DNA of 64,000 nt from an uncultured Verrucomicrobiae bacterium. Its GTDB lineage: Bacteria > Verrucomicrobiota > Verrucomicrobiia > Limisphaerales > UBA11358. Location: positions 455,703-519,702 of the forward strand of contig CAWBKH010000002.1 in assembly GCA_963789335.1 (NCBI GenBank), in the 5' to 3' direction. The notes under the pieces are model-generated. The model had not been told where the DNA came from and ran no database searches. It saw nothing but the letters and a program-made list of their open reading frames with translations. The translations under genes and the position numbers were made by a program. This document shows positions 56,508 through 64,000 of this stretch, one piece after another. How positions within the stretch are numbered: the first letter of the stretch is position 1; each line of letters starts with the position of its first letter.

Positions 56508-57883
56508 TCGCCGCGAAATCAAAATGGCTGCGCCGACTCAAAACAATTTCGCCGGCCGGCGAAATTGTTTTGGACCCACATACTTTGGCGAAGTATGCCG
56601 GGGACAAATGGTTCGCCGCCCAACAACCCGACGCCGTCGCCATGCCTCGTTCAGTCAAATCCATGTCCGCTGTTCTGCGTTTTGCGAATCAGCACAACAT
56701 TCCCGTCACCGCGCGCGGCGCAGGCCATGGCTATGTCGGCGGCTGTGTCCCCGTTTATGGTGGCATAGTGCTTTCCTTGGAACGCATGAACCGGATCAAA
56801 GAAATCAACGCCGCTGACTTTGTCGCGGTTGTGGAACCGGGCGTCATTACACAAAAACTCCAGGAAGCCGTTGAAAAACGCGGTTTGTTTTATCCGCCCG
56901 ACCCTGCCAGCCGCGCGAACAATTTTATTGGTGGCAACATTGCCACCAACGCCGGCGGTCCGCGTTGTCTAAAGTATGGCGTCACACGCGATTACGTCCT
57001 CGGCCTAGAAATCGCGCTGGCCGATGGCACGATCGTTCGTGTCGGCGGACGCACGCACAAAAACAAAACCGGCTTCGATCTCACGCGCCTGTTTGTTGGC
57101 TCGGAAGGTTTGCTCGGCATCGTCACCGAAGCAACTTTGAAATTGATTCCATTGCCGCCATTCCGCGCGTGTCTTGCCGTGGGCTTCAATACGATGAAAA
57201 ATGCCGTGCGCGCGCTGCAAGCGGTATTGTCCGCCGGCTTTTTGCCCAGTGCGCTCGAATTGGCTGACGAATTTACGCTGGCCGCTGCTTATCAACGCAC
57301 CAAAAGCAATCGCCTCCGCGGCTGTCGCGCTCTTCTGATCATTGAACTCGACGGGCAGGAAAAGTCCGTCCGGTATGAGTCGAAGGATTTGGAACAAATT
57401 GTTCGGCGTCAAAAACCTTTGTTTCTCGAGCGCGGCCTGGGTGCCGCAAAATGCGAGGAAATCTGGAAAATCCGCCGCGAGTTTTCCTACGCCCTTCGCG
57501 ATACCGGCCTGACCAAACTCAATGAAGACATTGTCGTGCCGCGCAGCCGGTTGGAAGACCTGTTCCAGTTTGCCGCCAAACTCCAGAAGAAACACGGCCT
57601 GCCCGTTGCGTGCTTCGGTCACGCTGGCGACGGCAACATTCACACCAACGTGATGGTGGACTTCAATCAGCCGGGAGCCGACCGGCGTGCCGAGGCGGCG
57701 CTGGACGAACTCTTTGCGCAAGTCATCGCCTGGGGCGGCGCGATCAGTGGCGAGCATGGCATCGGTCTCGCTAAAAAACGCTGGTGGCCGCGGGCCGTTT
57801 CAACCGAGGTCCGCGCATTGCATCGCGTGGTAAAAAGGGCGCTCGACCCGAAAGGCATCTTGAATCCGGGGAAGTTTGTCTGA
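56504..57883 (+). CDS. FAD-binding oxidoreductase, GlcD / D-lactate dehydrogenase family
   Basis: FAD_binding_4 motifs (IPVTARGAGHGYVGG; PGVITQKLQ; YPPDPAS...IGGNIATNAGG; KNKTGFDLTRLFVGSEGLLGIVTEATLKL). C-terminal GEHGIGLAKK. Confidence 0.85.
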   Translation: MIAAKSKWLRRLKTISPAGEIVLDPHTLAKYAGDKWFAAQQPDAVAMPRSVKSMSAVLRFANQHNIPVTARGAGHGYVGGCVPVYGGIVLSLERMNRIKEINAADFVAVVEPGVITQKLQEAVEKRGLFYPPDPASRANNFIGGNIATNAGGPRCLKYGVTRDYVLGLEIALADGTIVRVGGRTHKNKTGFDLTRLFVGSEGLLGIVTEATLKLIPLPPFRACLAVGFNTMKNAVRALQAVLSAGFLPSALELADEFTLAAAYQRTKSNRLRGCRALLIIELDGQEKSVRYESKDLEQIVRRQKPLFLERGLGAAKCEEIWKIRREFSYALRDTGLTKLNEDIVVPRSRLEDLFQFAAKLQKKHGLPVACFGHAGDGNIHTNVMVDFNQPGADRRAEAALDELFAQVIAWGGAISGEHGIGLAKKRWWPRAVSTEVRALHRVVKRALDPKGILNPGKFV

Positions 57884-57936
57884 TGCCGGATAATGGTACA
57901 ATTTGAATGTTTTGGTGGGGGCGAGCGTCCCCCCTG

Positions 57937-58117
57937 CGAGCCGGCTCGTCAGTGGCCTCTCCCATCTCAATACAGCAGCATCAGCACCCCTTCGTGTAGC
58001 AAGCGGACATGAGTCCGCTCCAACTAAAAATCCACCGCAAAAATAATGACCGACTCACGTCGGCTGCTACAATTTCAGATTCCGGATTTGGAGTGCGGTG
58101 ACCTGTCGCCGCACTCC
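57937..58117. repeat. Cluster of distinct GC-rich REP-like hairpins downstream of the GlcD-like gene
   Basis: The 12-bp palindrome cgagccggctcg (57938-57949), gcggac-atga-gtccgc (58003-58018), ccgac-tcac-gtcgg (58050-58063) and ggagtgcggtga-cctg-tcgccgcactcc (58090-58117, one mismatch). Confidence 0.5.
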
Positions 58118-58276
58118 ATGGCGCCGTTGGCGCGACACCCCTGCAAAACCCGTGCCTCGAATATTATGTTTTCAATCTTCGTGATGACGATTGGGTTTTC
58201 CCTCTCTATTAGACAGCTACTTCTGCCGAAAAATGATGCTTTTCTTTTAGTCCATTCCACTCTATTCTAAACGCGC

Positions 58277-58510
58277 ATGAATGAACTACTTAATCTCTCG
58301 GTAGCCAAGCTAAAACGCCTGGCAGCCCTGAAAGCAAAAATTGAACGCCTTCAATCGCAACTGGTGGCCGTGGCCGGAAATACTTCTGCAGCCAAGGCAA
58401 CGGCTAAAGGCGGCCCCAAACGCCGGAAGATGAGCGCCGCCGCCCGCCGGAAGATTTCCCTGGCGGCCAAGGCGCGCTGGGCGAAAGTCAGGGCTACAAA
58501 GTCCAAGTAG
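58277..58510 (+). CDS. Small basic protein (coiled-coil N-terminus, K/R/A-rich C-terminus), unknown function
   Basis: 77 aa. ...LKRLAALKAKIERLQSQL...RKMSAAARRKISLAAKARWAKVRATKSK. It could bind nucleic acid, but there is no firm family call. Confidence 0.5.
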   Translation: MNELLNLSVAKLKRLAALKAKIERLQSQLVAVAGNTSAAKATAKGGPKRRKMSAAARRKISLAAKARWAKVRATKSK

Positions 58511-58597
58511 CTTTCGCGCGAAGAACGCGCCAACTGCGTCACACGGCAGCCACGCTGAAGAGAGGGAGCAGTTCTCTAATCGGGGGGCGGTGGTTTT

Positions 58598-59296
58598 CTA
58601 TTTCTTGGCGCCAACCAGGACTACAAATTCGCCTTTCAAAGAGCGTGATTGAGCAAGAGCGATCAACTCCGCCGGCTTGCCGTGCAAATACTCCTCGAAT
58701 TTTTTCGTCAACTCGCGCGCGAGGACGATTTCACGTTCGGGAAAGACTTCAATCATTTCAGACAACAGCTTTTCAATTCGGAACGGCGATTCATAAAATA
58801 CCAGGGTTCCGGGAATTGATCCAAGCGACGCCAGTCTATTCCGGCGTTGGCCGGACTTGTGCGGCAGGAAGCCGACGAAATGGAATTCGTCCGTTGGCAG
58901 ACCGCTGGCCGTGAGCGCGGCAACCAATGCGCACGACCCCGGCACGGCCTCGACGCGGAACCCGGCGGCGATGGCAGCCTTGACCACCCGTTCACCGGGA
59001 TCGCTGATGCCGGGACTGCCCGCATCCGTAACCAGCGCGATTTTTCCCCCGTGCCGGAGACGTTCGATGATTTCTTCACTGCGCCTGGCTTCGTTGAATT
59101 GGAAATAGCTCAACAGCGGCTTGGAGATTCCGAAATGCTTGAGCAACTGCCCCGAACGCCGCGTGTCCTCAGCGGCAACCACGTCGCACTCGCGCAACAC
59201 ACGCAATGCGCGCAACGTGATATCTTCGAGGTTGCCGATGGGCGTGGCAACGAGGTAAAGCGTGCCAGGCGTAAGCGGCGGCAATGCGGCGTCCAT
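58598..59296 (-). CDS. rsmI: 16S rRNA (cytidine1402-2'-O)-methyltransferase
   Basis: GTLYLVATPIGNLEDITLRALRVLRECDVVAAEDTR...ALVTDAGSPGISDPG. The start is taken at MDAALPP within ORF 58598..59344. Confidence 0.88.
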   Translation of the reverse strand: MDAALPPLTPGTLYLVATPIGNLEDITLRALRVLRECDVVAAEDTRRSGQLLKHFGISKPLLSYFQFNEARRSEEIIERLRHGGKIALVTDAGSPGISDPGERVVKAAIAAGFRVEAVPGSCALVAALTASGLPTDEFHFVGFLPHKSGQRRNRLASLGSIPGTLVFYESPFRIEKLLSEMIEVFPEREIVLARELTKKFEEYLHGKPAELIALAQSRSLKGEFVVLVGAKK

Positions 59297-59355
59297 GTCT
59301 TGACTACAACAGAAATTCGGCGTGAAATAAATCGGATTCCGCAAACAAGCTTAAA

Positions 59356-60744
59356 ATGAAAAATTGCGCTGTAATAATAATCGCCGCCGTTCTGTTCAAC
59401 GCAATTACTTTGAAAGCCGCCGATGCGCCGGATGCAAATACAATTTACGACTCCGACACGAACCATCTTTGGAATCGGCTGAATGAAACTTTGTTTGAGC
59501 GAACGGCTCAAGACGGCAAAAAATATGGCTTGGATGAATTGGACATTCTATATTGGTTCGGTACGACAAATTTATTGGCTGGGGCTTCGCATCGGCAGGC
59601 GATTTCAGTTCTTGATGAATTTATCAACACGCACGGCGAAAAATTGGTTCACGACCCGCTCAAGCGCGTTTTGTTGCAGCGCGACTTGTGGCAATTGTTT
59701 GACTGGACAGCATTGCCATGGCCAAGCGCGCCTTACGCATCAGAACGCAGAGAGCTTCAGAGCCGCCTGGCTGTCATCATTCGCAGACTGGCTCTGACCA
59801 CGAATGAAATCGCTTCGTTACCGGACAATTATCCCATGCAAGCTGAAACAGGAAGGTTGCCTGATTTGCCACAAGGACTGTTTGAAACCAATGGCGATTG
59901 GGTGAATGTCGCTCCCAATTCCAATGGAAACGAGGAAATCGCGCCAGCGCACGATCACAGTTTTGGTGGACGGTCCGCTTTTCTGGTCATGCTTCGCCTG
60001 CCAGGAGGCAGGCAAGCGACCCTTTCATATTTGAATCAACTTAACAATTTTAAACATTGGATTTATCAAACAAATCCAATGTATCCGTTCACCATAACTT
60101 ATGGATTCGATGGAACAAATTCCTTTCCGATAGCCACGAACAATGAACCTCGAGAAATTTTGACATTAAATCCAGACCTTCCCCAATTTCCGACAAACAC
60201 AGAATGGGCGCTCGTTCGACGAATGTGTGTGATTGACACGGAGGGTCGTATTCAGCCAACGCGAATTATCGAAAGCATCCAACTGCGCCGTTATCTGGCA
60301 ATCGCACCACCAACCAGGGTGATGATGACCAATCATAACGGTGGCGTTTCCGCTCAATATATTCCGCCGCAAAGATTTTATGAATTTCAGATGGACTGCC
60401 GGCGAAACTGCGCACTTCGAGAAATCGCCAAAGATGAAACGGATTTTTTGTTTGTCCATTTCATGGGAAAGGGATTTGACCAATTTGAATGGAAACCGAA
60501 AGAACCTGAAGTGCCAGATTCATCAACCTTTAAGGGCACAGTCCTCGAAAGTTGCCGAACTTGTCACGCGGCGTCCGGAATTTATTCGGTCAATGTTTAT
60601 GCCGGGCTATTCCATCCGCGCACCATAGACCCTCCTAAATTATTCAATCTCGATGCAAATCGTGAAATGGGTGCGTCCATCAATTGGAAGCTAGAACAAT
60701 ATAGCTGGGGACTATTGCAGGGACTTTGGCATCAACAAAATTAG
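59356..60744 (+). CDS. Secreted protein of unknown function with a single C-terminal CXXCH motif
   Basis: 462 aa. Signal peptide MKNCAVIIIAAVLFNAITLKA and ...VLESCRTCHAASGIYSV near the C-terminus. GC is clearly lower than in the flanking genes. Confidence 0.6.
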   Translation: MKNCAVIIIAAVLFNAITLKAADAPDANTIYDSDTNHLWNRLNETLFERTAQDGKKYGLDELDILYWFGTTNLLAGASHRQAISVLDEFINTHGEKLVHDPLKRVLLQRDLWQLFDWTALPWPSAPYASERRELQSRLAVIIRRLALTTNEIASLPDNYPMQAETGRLPDLPQGLFETNGDWVNVAPNSNGNEEIAPAHDHSFGGRSAFLVMLRLPGGRQATLSYLNQLNNFKHWIYQTNPMYPFTITYGFDGTNSFPIATNNEPREILTLNPDLPQFPTNTEWALVRRMCVIDTEGRIQPTRIIESIQLRRYLAIAPPTRVMMTNHNGGVSAQYIPPQRFYEFQMDCRRNCALREIAKDETDFLFVHFMGKGFDQFEWKPKEPEVPDSSTFKGTVLESCRTCHAASGIYSVNVYAGLFHPRTIDPPKLFNLDANREMGASINWKLEQYSWGLLQGLWHQQN

Positions 60745-60745
60745 A

Positions 60746-61108
60746 ATGAAACCCGCCAACATATTCGTCATCGTCCTCGTCACCATACCGGATTTGAAAA
60801 CCGCCCGCGCGCTGGCCAAGGCCGCGTTGCGGGCGCGTCTCATTGCCTGCGCGAATCTTGTCCCTCGAATTGAATCCCATTACTGGTGGCAGGAAAAAAT
60901 TGAATCAGGCGCGGAGGTTTTGCTGATCCTGAAGACGCAGAAGTCCAAGCTTCCCGCGTTGGAAAAGTTGGTTCTCGCCAAACATCCTTACGAAACGCCG
61001 GAATTTTTGGCCCTGCCTTTGCGCGCTGGCAACGAACGCTATCTTAGGTGGTTGAATCAGAACACGCGACCCGCAAAACTCATGAAGCCCTTTGACTCCC
61101 GTTCTTAG
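60746..61108 (+). CDS. cutA: Divalent-cation tolerance protein CutA
   Basis: ...VIVLVTIPDLKTARALAKAALRARLIACANLVPRIESHYWWQEKIESGAEVLLILKT...HPYETPEFLALP is the canonical CutA1 pattern. Confidence 0.85.
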   Translation: MKPANIFVIVLVTIPDLKTARALAKAALRARLIACANLVPRIESHYWWQEKIESGAEVLLILKTQKSKLPALEKLVLAKHPYETPEFLALPLRAGNERYLRWLNQNTRPAKLMKPFDSRS

Positions 61109-61353
61109 CAACAGAGCCTGCAGAAACTCTAATCTTGTGAATAACTTCATAGTGCGTTAACCCAAGCTGTTAAGAATGAATGGAGTCCGCATAGTTCGTA
61201 ATGGTACTAATTGTGTGGATAACTATTGCTTGCCATCCCTGCCCGGTTGTGGCTAAATCCGTGGTAAGCATCCAAAAGGCCGCGGTGCAGGCCGAATCAA
61301 GGTTGCGCGTTAAGGGAGAGTCGCCTTCACCACGATCACTCAGAACGGTGGAC

Positions 61354-62368
61354 GTTAGAGCATTTACATAAATCATATAGCGTAATGGGCGTGTAAAAAG
61401 AAGCCCTGGCAGTCGGCGGGGGAGACGGCGGCAAAGGCGATGGCGGCGGCCTCAAGCAGTTCCCCGCCGGTGCGCGGAGCCAGGCTGCGCAGGAGTTGTT
61501 TGATTTTGCTCCACATGTTTTCAATGGGGTTGAAGTCGGGGGAATACGGCGGCAGATACCGGAGTCTGGCTCCGGCGGACTCAATGGCTTCGCGCACCCC
61601 AGCCACCTTGTGCGTGGCCAGATTATCCATGATCACCAAGTCGTCCGCTTGCAGCGTGGGCACCAACCCTTGCCGCACCCACGCCAAAAACATCTCGCCA
61701 TCCATGGCCCCTTCAAACAGCCACGGGGCGCAAGCCCCGCTCAGGCGCACGGCGGCAATGAGCGTGCTGGTTTGATAATGTCCGTGCGGAACATGGGTGA
61801 CGAGCCGTTCGCCGACCGGGGCGCGTCCGCCCAAACGGGTCATTTTGGTGTTGGCCCCGCTTTCATCCACAAACACCAGCCGGGCGGCGGGCTCCGACGG
61901 CCAGCTGCTCATGCCAGTGCGCCCTTTGTTCGGCCACGTCGGGCCGGTGCTGCTCGGCGGCGTGCAGCGTTTTTTTTATAGCTCAACCCCAGCCGCCGCA
62001 GCCACAAATCCACCGTCGAAGTCCCGAACGGGACGATCCAGCCGGGTCCCCAACTCCGCCAGCGTGGCATCGGGCTGGTCGGCCACCAGTTTTTGCAGGC
62101 GGGCCTTGCGCTGGGCGGTCAGCAGCGTCTTGCGTCCGCACAAGTGGGTTTGCGGTTCCACGGTGCCCCGCGCCTTGAAGTGCTGGCGCACCCGGCGCAC
62201 GGCCGCCACACAGAAGCCGCAAAACTCCGCGATCTCGGCGGTGCTTTTGCCTTGTTCGTAGAGGTGGATGATCCGTTCGCGCACCGGCACAGGGATGGCT
62301 CGCATGCCCACACCTTGCCACATCGCCCCATCATTGTAAAGCTACATTATTTATGGAAATGCTCTAAC
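61354..62368 (-). mobile_element. IS630/Tc1-mariner-family insertion sequence (decayed copy)
   Basis: Imperfect terminal inverted repeats: GTTAGAGCATTTACATAAATCATATAGC (from 61354) and the reverse complement of 62341-62368, GTTAGAGCATTTCCATAAATAATGTAGC. They enclose HTH and DDE transposase reading frames. Confidence 0.8.
61373..62323 (-). pseudogene. IS630-family transposase, disrupted (in-frame stop plus three apparent +1 frame changes)
   Basis: ORF 61976..62323 (HTH: ...RIIHLYEQGKSTAEIAEFCG...) and ORF 61373..61912 (DDE: LVFVDESGANT...VIMDNLATHK...YLPPYSPDFNPIE) are in the same frame. The conserved linker reads in two other frames: VPFGTSTVDLWLRRLGLSYKK, then KTLHAAEQHRPDVAEQRAHWHEQLA. One shift coincides with an A8 run (61970-61977 on the plus strand). 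Confidence 0.75.
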
Positions 62369-62449
62369 CTAATTGGATATTTGATTTCCAAGAAGTTGAC
62401 GGTGCCCGCAGTGCGAAATCAAAACCAAAAAATGAGAAAGGAAGTTACC

Positions 62450-63066
62450 ATGAAACCTTCAACCAAAACCCTGATTGCCCTCGGCTGCGCGTATGCGATT
62501 GCAACGGCTTCGTCATTCGCCCAGACGACCCAGATATACACCTTCGACGAGTTCGGCAACTCAACCGGACCCGGCATTTCGCCGGGGGTGATGCAACCAG
62601 ATCCTTCGGGTGGTATACCAGCCCCCACACCCGTCTTGGTTTATAATCTGGCGTTTCCGGTTATACCCGGAGATGTGGTGTTAACCGAGCCGGGGAACCC
62701 CGCAGGCAGCCAACAAGATTCCGACATCGTCCGATTCTGGGATCCAACAGGCGGCCCGCAAAGTCAGATTATCTTCTACTCGGACTTTTCGGCAACGGAC
62801 CCGGCAGATTCTCCTGCGGATACCGGATTGCCAGCAGGCTTAATGTCCCTTGCCGTCACCATACCGGAAATAGGTCCCGAGGGAAACAATGGCGCTGTTT
62901 ATACTCCCACAGCGAACGATCCCGGATTTATTTTAAGTACCGCTGTGCCGCCAGCTACGTATAACATCATCAGCGATGTCCTGAGCCGGAAGCCTTGGCA
63001 TTGGCCGCCTTGGGCGGCGGGTTGCTGCTGCTCATCCTGAAACGGCGGCATCAAGCCAGTGTTTGA
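62450..63066 (+). pseudogene. PEP-CTERM protein gene whose sorting signal is out of frame (single-base deletion)
   Basis: The start is taken at MKPSTKTLIALGCAYAIATASSFA (ATG at 62450, after aaggaag). The body ends ...YNIISDVLSRKPWHWPPWAAGCCCSS*. From 62980 the +1-shifted frame reads PEPEALALAALGGGLLLLILKRRHQASV* (stop at 63064-63066). gatgtcctgagccg would be gatgtcCctgagccg in an intact gene. Confidence 0.7.
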
Positions 63067-63223
63067 CGGAACGTTTGACAAATTGAAAACCCGGCGGGCG
63101 ATGTGATGTCGCCCGCCGGCTTTTCTATTGTGCCGCTGCGGTACAGCGTTCGCACGGCCATTGTTTGCCATAATCCTGACAAAAATTGGTTGAACACTTG
63201 CTCCCCATGCGTAAATTCATTGG

Positions 63224-63973
63224 GTGAATCCGGTGGACACGGTTCCATTGATGTTGCTCGCGCTCCACATGCTGGCCTTGGGCGTGGGCACGATCATGTT
63301 TGTTGGGATGGTTATCCTGCATCGTCGCGCGCGTGCGATGCAACAAACGGCGCATAACGCCGGCGAGTCTTCTGCGCCGAGCTTGGAGTTCAGACGTCGC
63401 CCGGCCATTTGGCTGTCCGTGCGTTCGTCGAACCCCAAGGCGGTTCAGGCTGCATTGGGTTTGAGTTATTCCGCACCCTGTCCCTGGACGGAAGGCATTA
63501 GCGGCGGACACGATTTTTTCATCGGGCCGCCGGTGAACGGCTGGATTATTGTCACTGGCTCCGGCCTGCCGCAACCCGGCCACGACGTGGACCGTTGTTT
63601 TCATTTTCTGGTTCGACTGAGCGGCGCACTGGGCCACGTTCAGCTATTTATGGCGGACCCTGCTTTACACCATCACGCGTGGGCGCGCGTGGAAAATGGC
63701 GTCGTGAAGCGCGCGTATGTATGGGTGGACGAAACAGTCTGGCATCAGGGCGTCAAATCCCTGGCTGAAACCGAATTAAATATGAGATGCTTCGGTTACG
63801 GCGAAGACGCGGGGATGGACAATGCGACGATGGCAGAAAATGCGGCAGCCAACGTGGAAAAGGTTCCTTCGCTGGCTGCACGGTGGAGTTTCGATCCGGC
63901 GACCGTTGCCGAAAATTTGCCACACCCCGCCGATGGCGTCGCCGGCAAATCGTCGCAATTTTACAAGGATTGA
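63224..63973 (+). CDS. Hypothetical membrane-anchored protein
   Basis: 249-aa ORF (GTG start; an ATG alternative lies at 63251). It has an N-terminal TM helix (PLMLLALHMLALGVGTIMFVGMVIL). No motif was recognised. Confidence 0.5.
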   Translation: MNPVDTVPLMLLALHMLALGVGTIMFVGMVILHRRARAMQQTAHNAGESSAPSLEFRRRPAIWLSVRSSNPKAVQAALGLSYSAPCPWTEGISGGHDFFIGPPVNGWIIVTGSGLPQPGHDVDRCFHFLVRLSGALGHVQLFMADPALHHHAWARVENGVVKRAYVWVDETVWHQGVKSLAETELNMRCFGYGEDAGMDNATMAENAAANVEKVPSLAARWSFDPATVAENLPHPADGVAGKSSQFYKD

Positions 63974-64000
63974 GTTGCGGTCGCGGCGCATTTGGCGCAA

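Noticed and set aside
61170-61376. 68-aa minus-strand ORF next to the IS630
   Set aside because: Its start codon lies inside the IS630 terminal inverted repeat and the ORF runs out into flanking DNA. The sequence has no features of a real protein.

Overview
The window looks like a chromosomal segment of a PVC-type bacterium, probably Verrucomicrobiota, with about 55-60% GC. The taxonomy is inference only, from PEP-CTERM proteins, RCC1 and beta-helix surface proteins ending in ...FYRL, and many GC-rich palindromic REP-like elements. No database search was possible, so every family name below rests on motifs read directly in the ORF translations.

Housekeeping backbone, all ORFs intact: ribH, ribBA, lptD, hisF, tRNA-Leu, holB, rpoD, waaA, mfd, recF, trpS, hemB, a PpiD-like chaperone, RluA-type synthases, RlmI-type methyltransferases, tRNA-fMet, mlaEFD, a PIN-TRAM protein, a GlcD-like oxidoreductase, rsmI and cutA.

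Accessory content:
- 1-5.8 kb: a minus-strand operon-like block of monohaem cytochrome c, OM porin, dihaem cytochrome c, two amicyanin-like cupredoxins flanking ribH, and haem A synthase. ctaA runs off the left edge and is missing from the ORF track.
- 13.5-24.3 kb: a decaying surface-protein locus. It holds an IS-end remnant, an orphan PEP-CTERM tail, a beta-helix adhesin-like gene broken at a G8 tract, an IS200 element, a frameshifted secreted protein, an RCC1 gene split by an IS5-family element, an intact RCC1 paralog, and a brnTA cassette flanked by a duplicated hisF 3' end.
- 47.6-50.3 kb: a low-GC islet with two PEP-CTERM genes that share a promoter-like motif and a 5' leader element.
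- 61.3-63.1 kb: a decayed IS630 next to a PEP-CTERM gene whose sorting signal is out of frame.

Most promising leads:
- The cytochrome-porin-cupredoxin block as a possible outer-membrane electron conduit.
- A ~65-aa C-terminal module shared by five otherwise unrelated secreted proteins.
- Single-base frameshifts confined to surface-protein and IS genes, including the G8 tract.
- A 57-nt REP-like palindrome inserted in frame in mfd.
- The conserved PEP-CTERM gene leader.

No CRISPR array, rRNA, reverse transcriptase or recognisable defence operon other than brnTA was seen.
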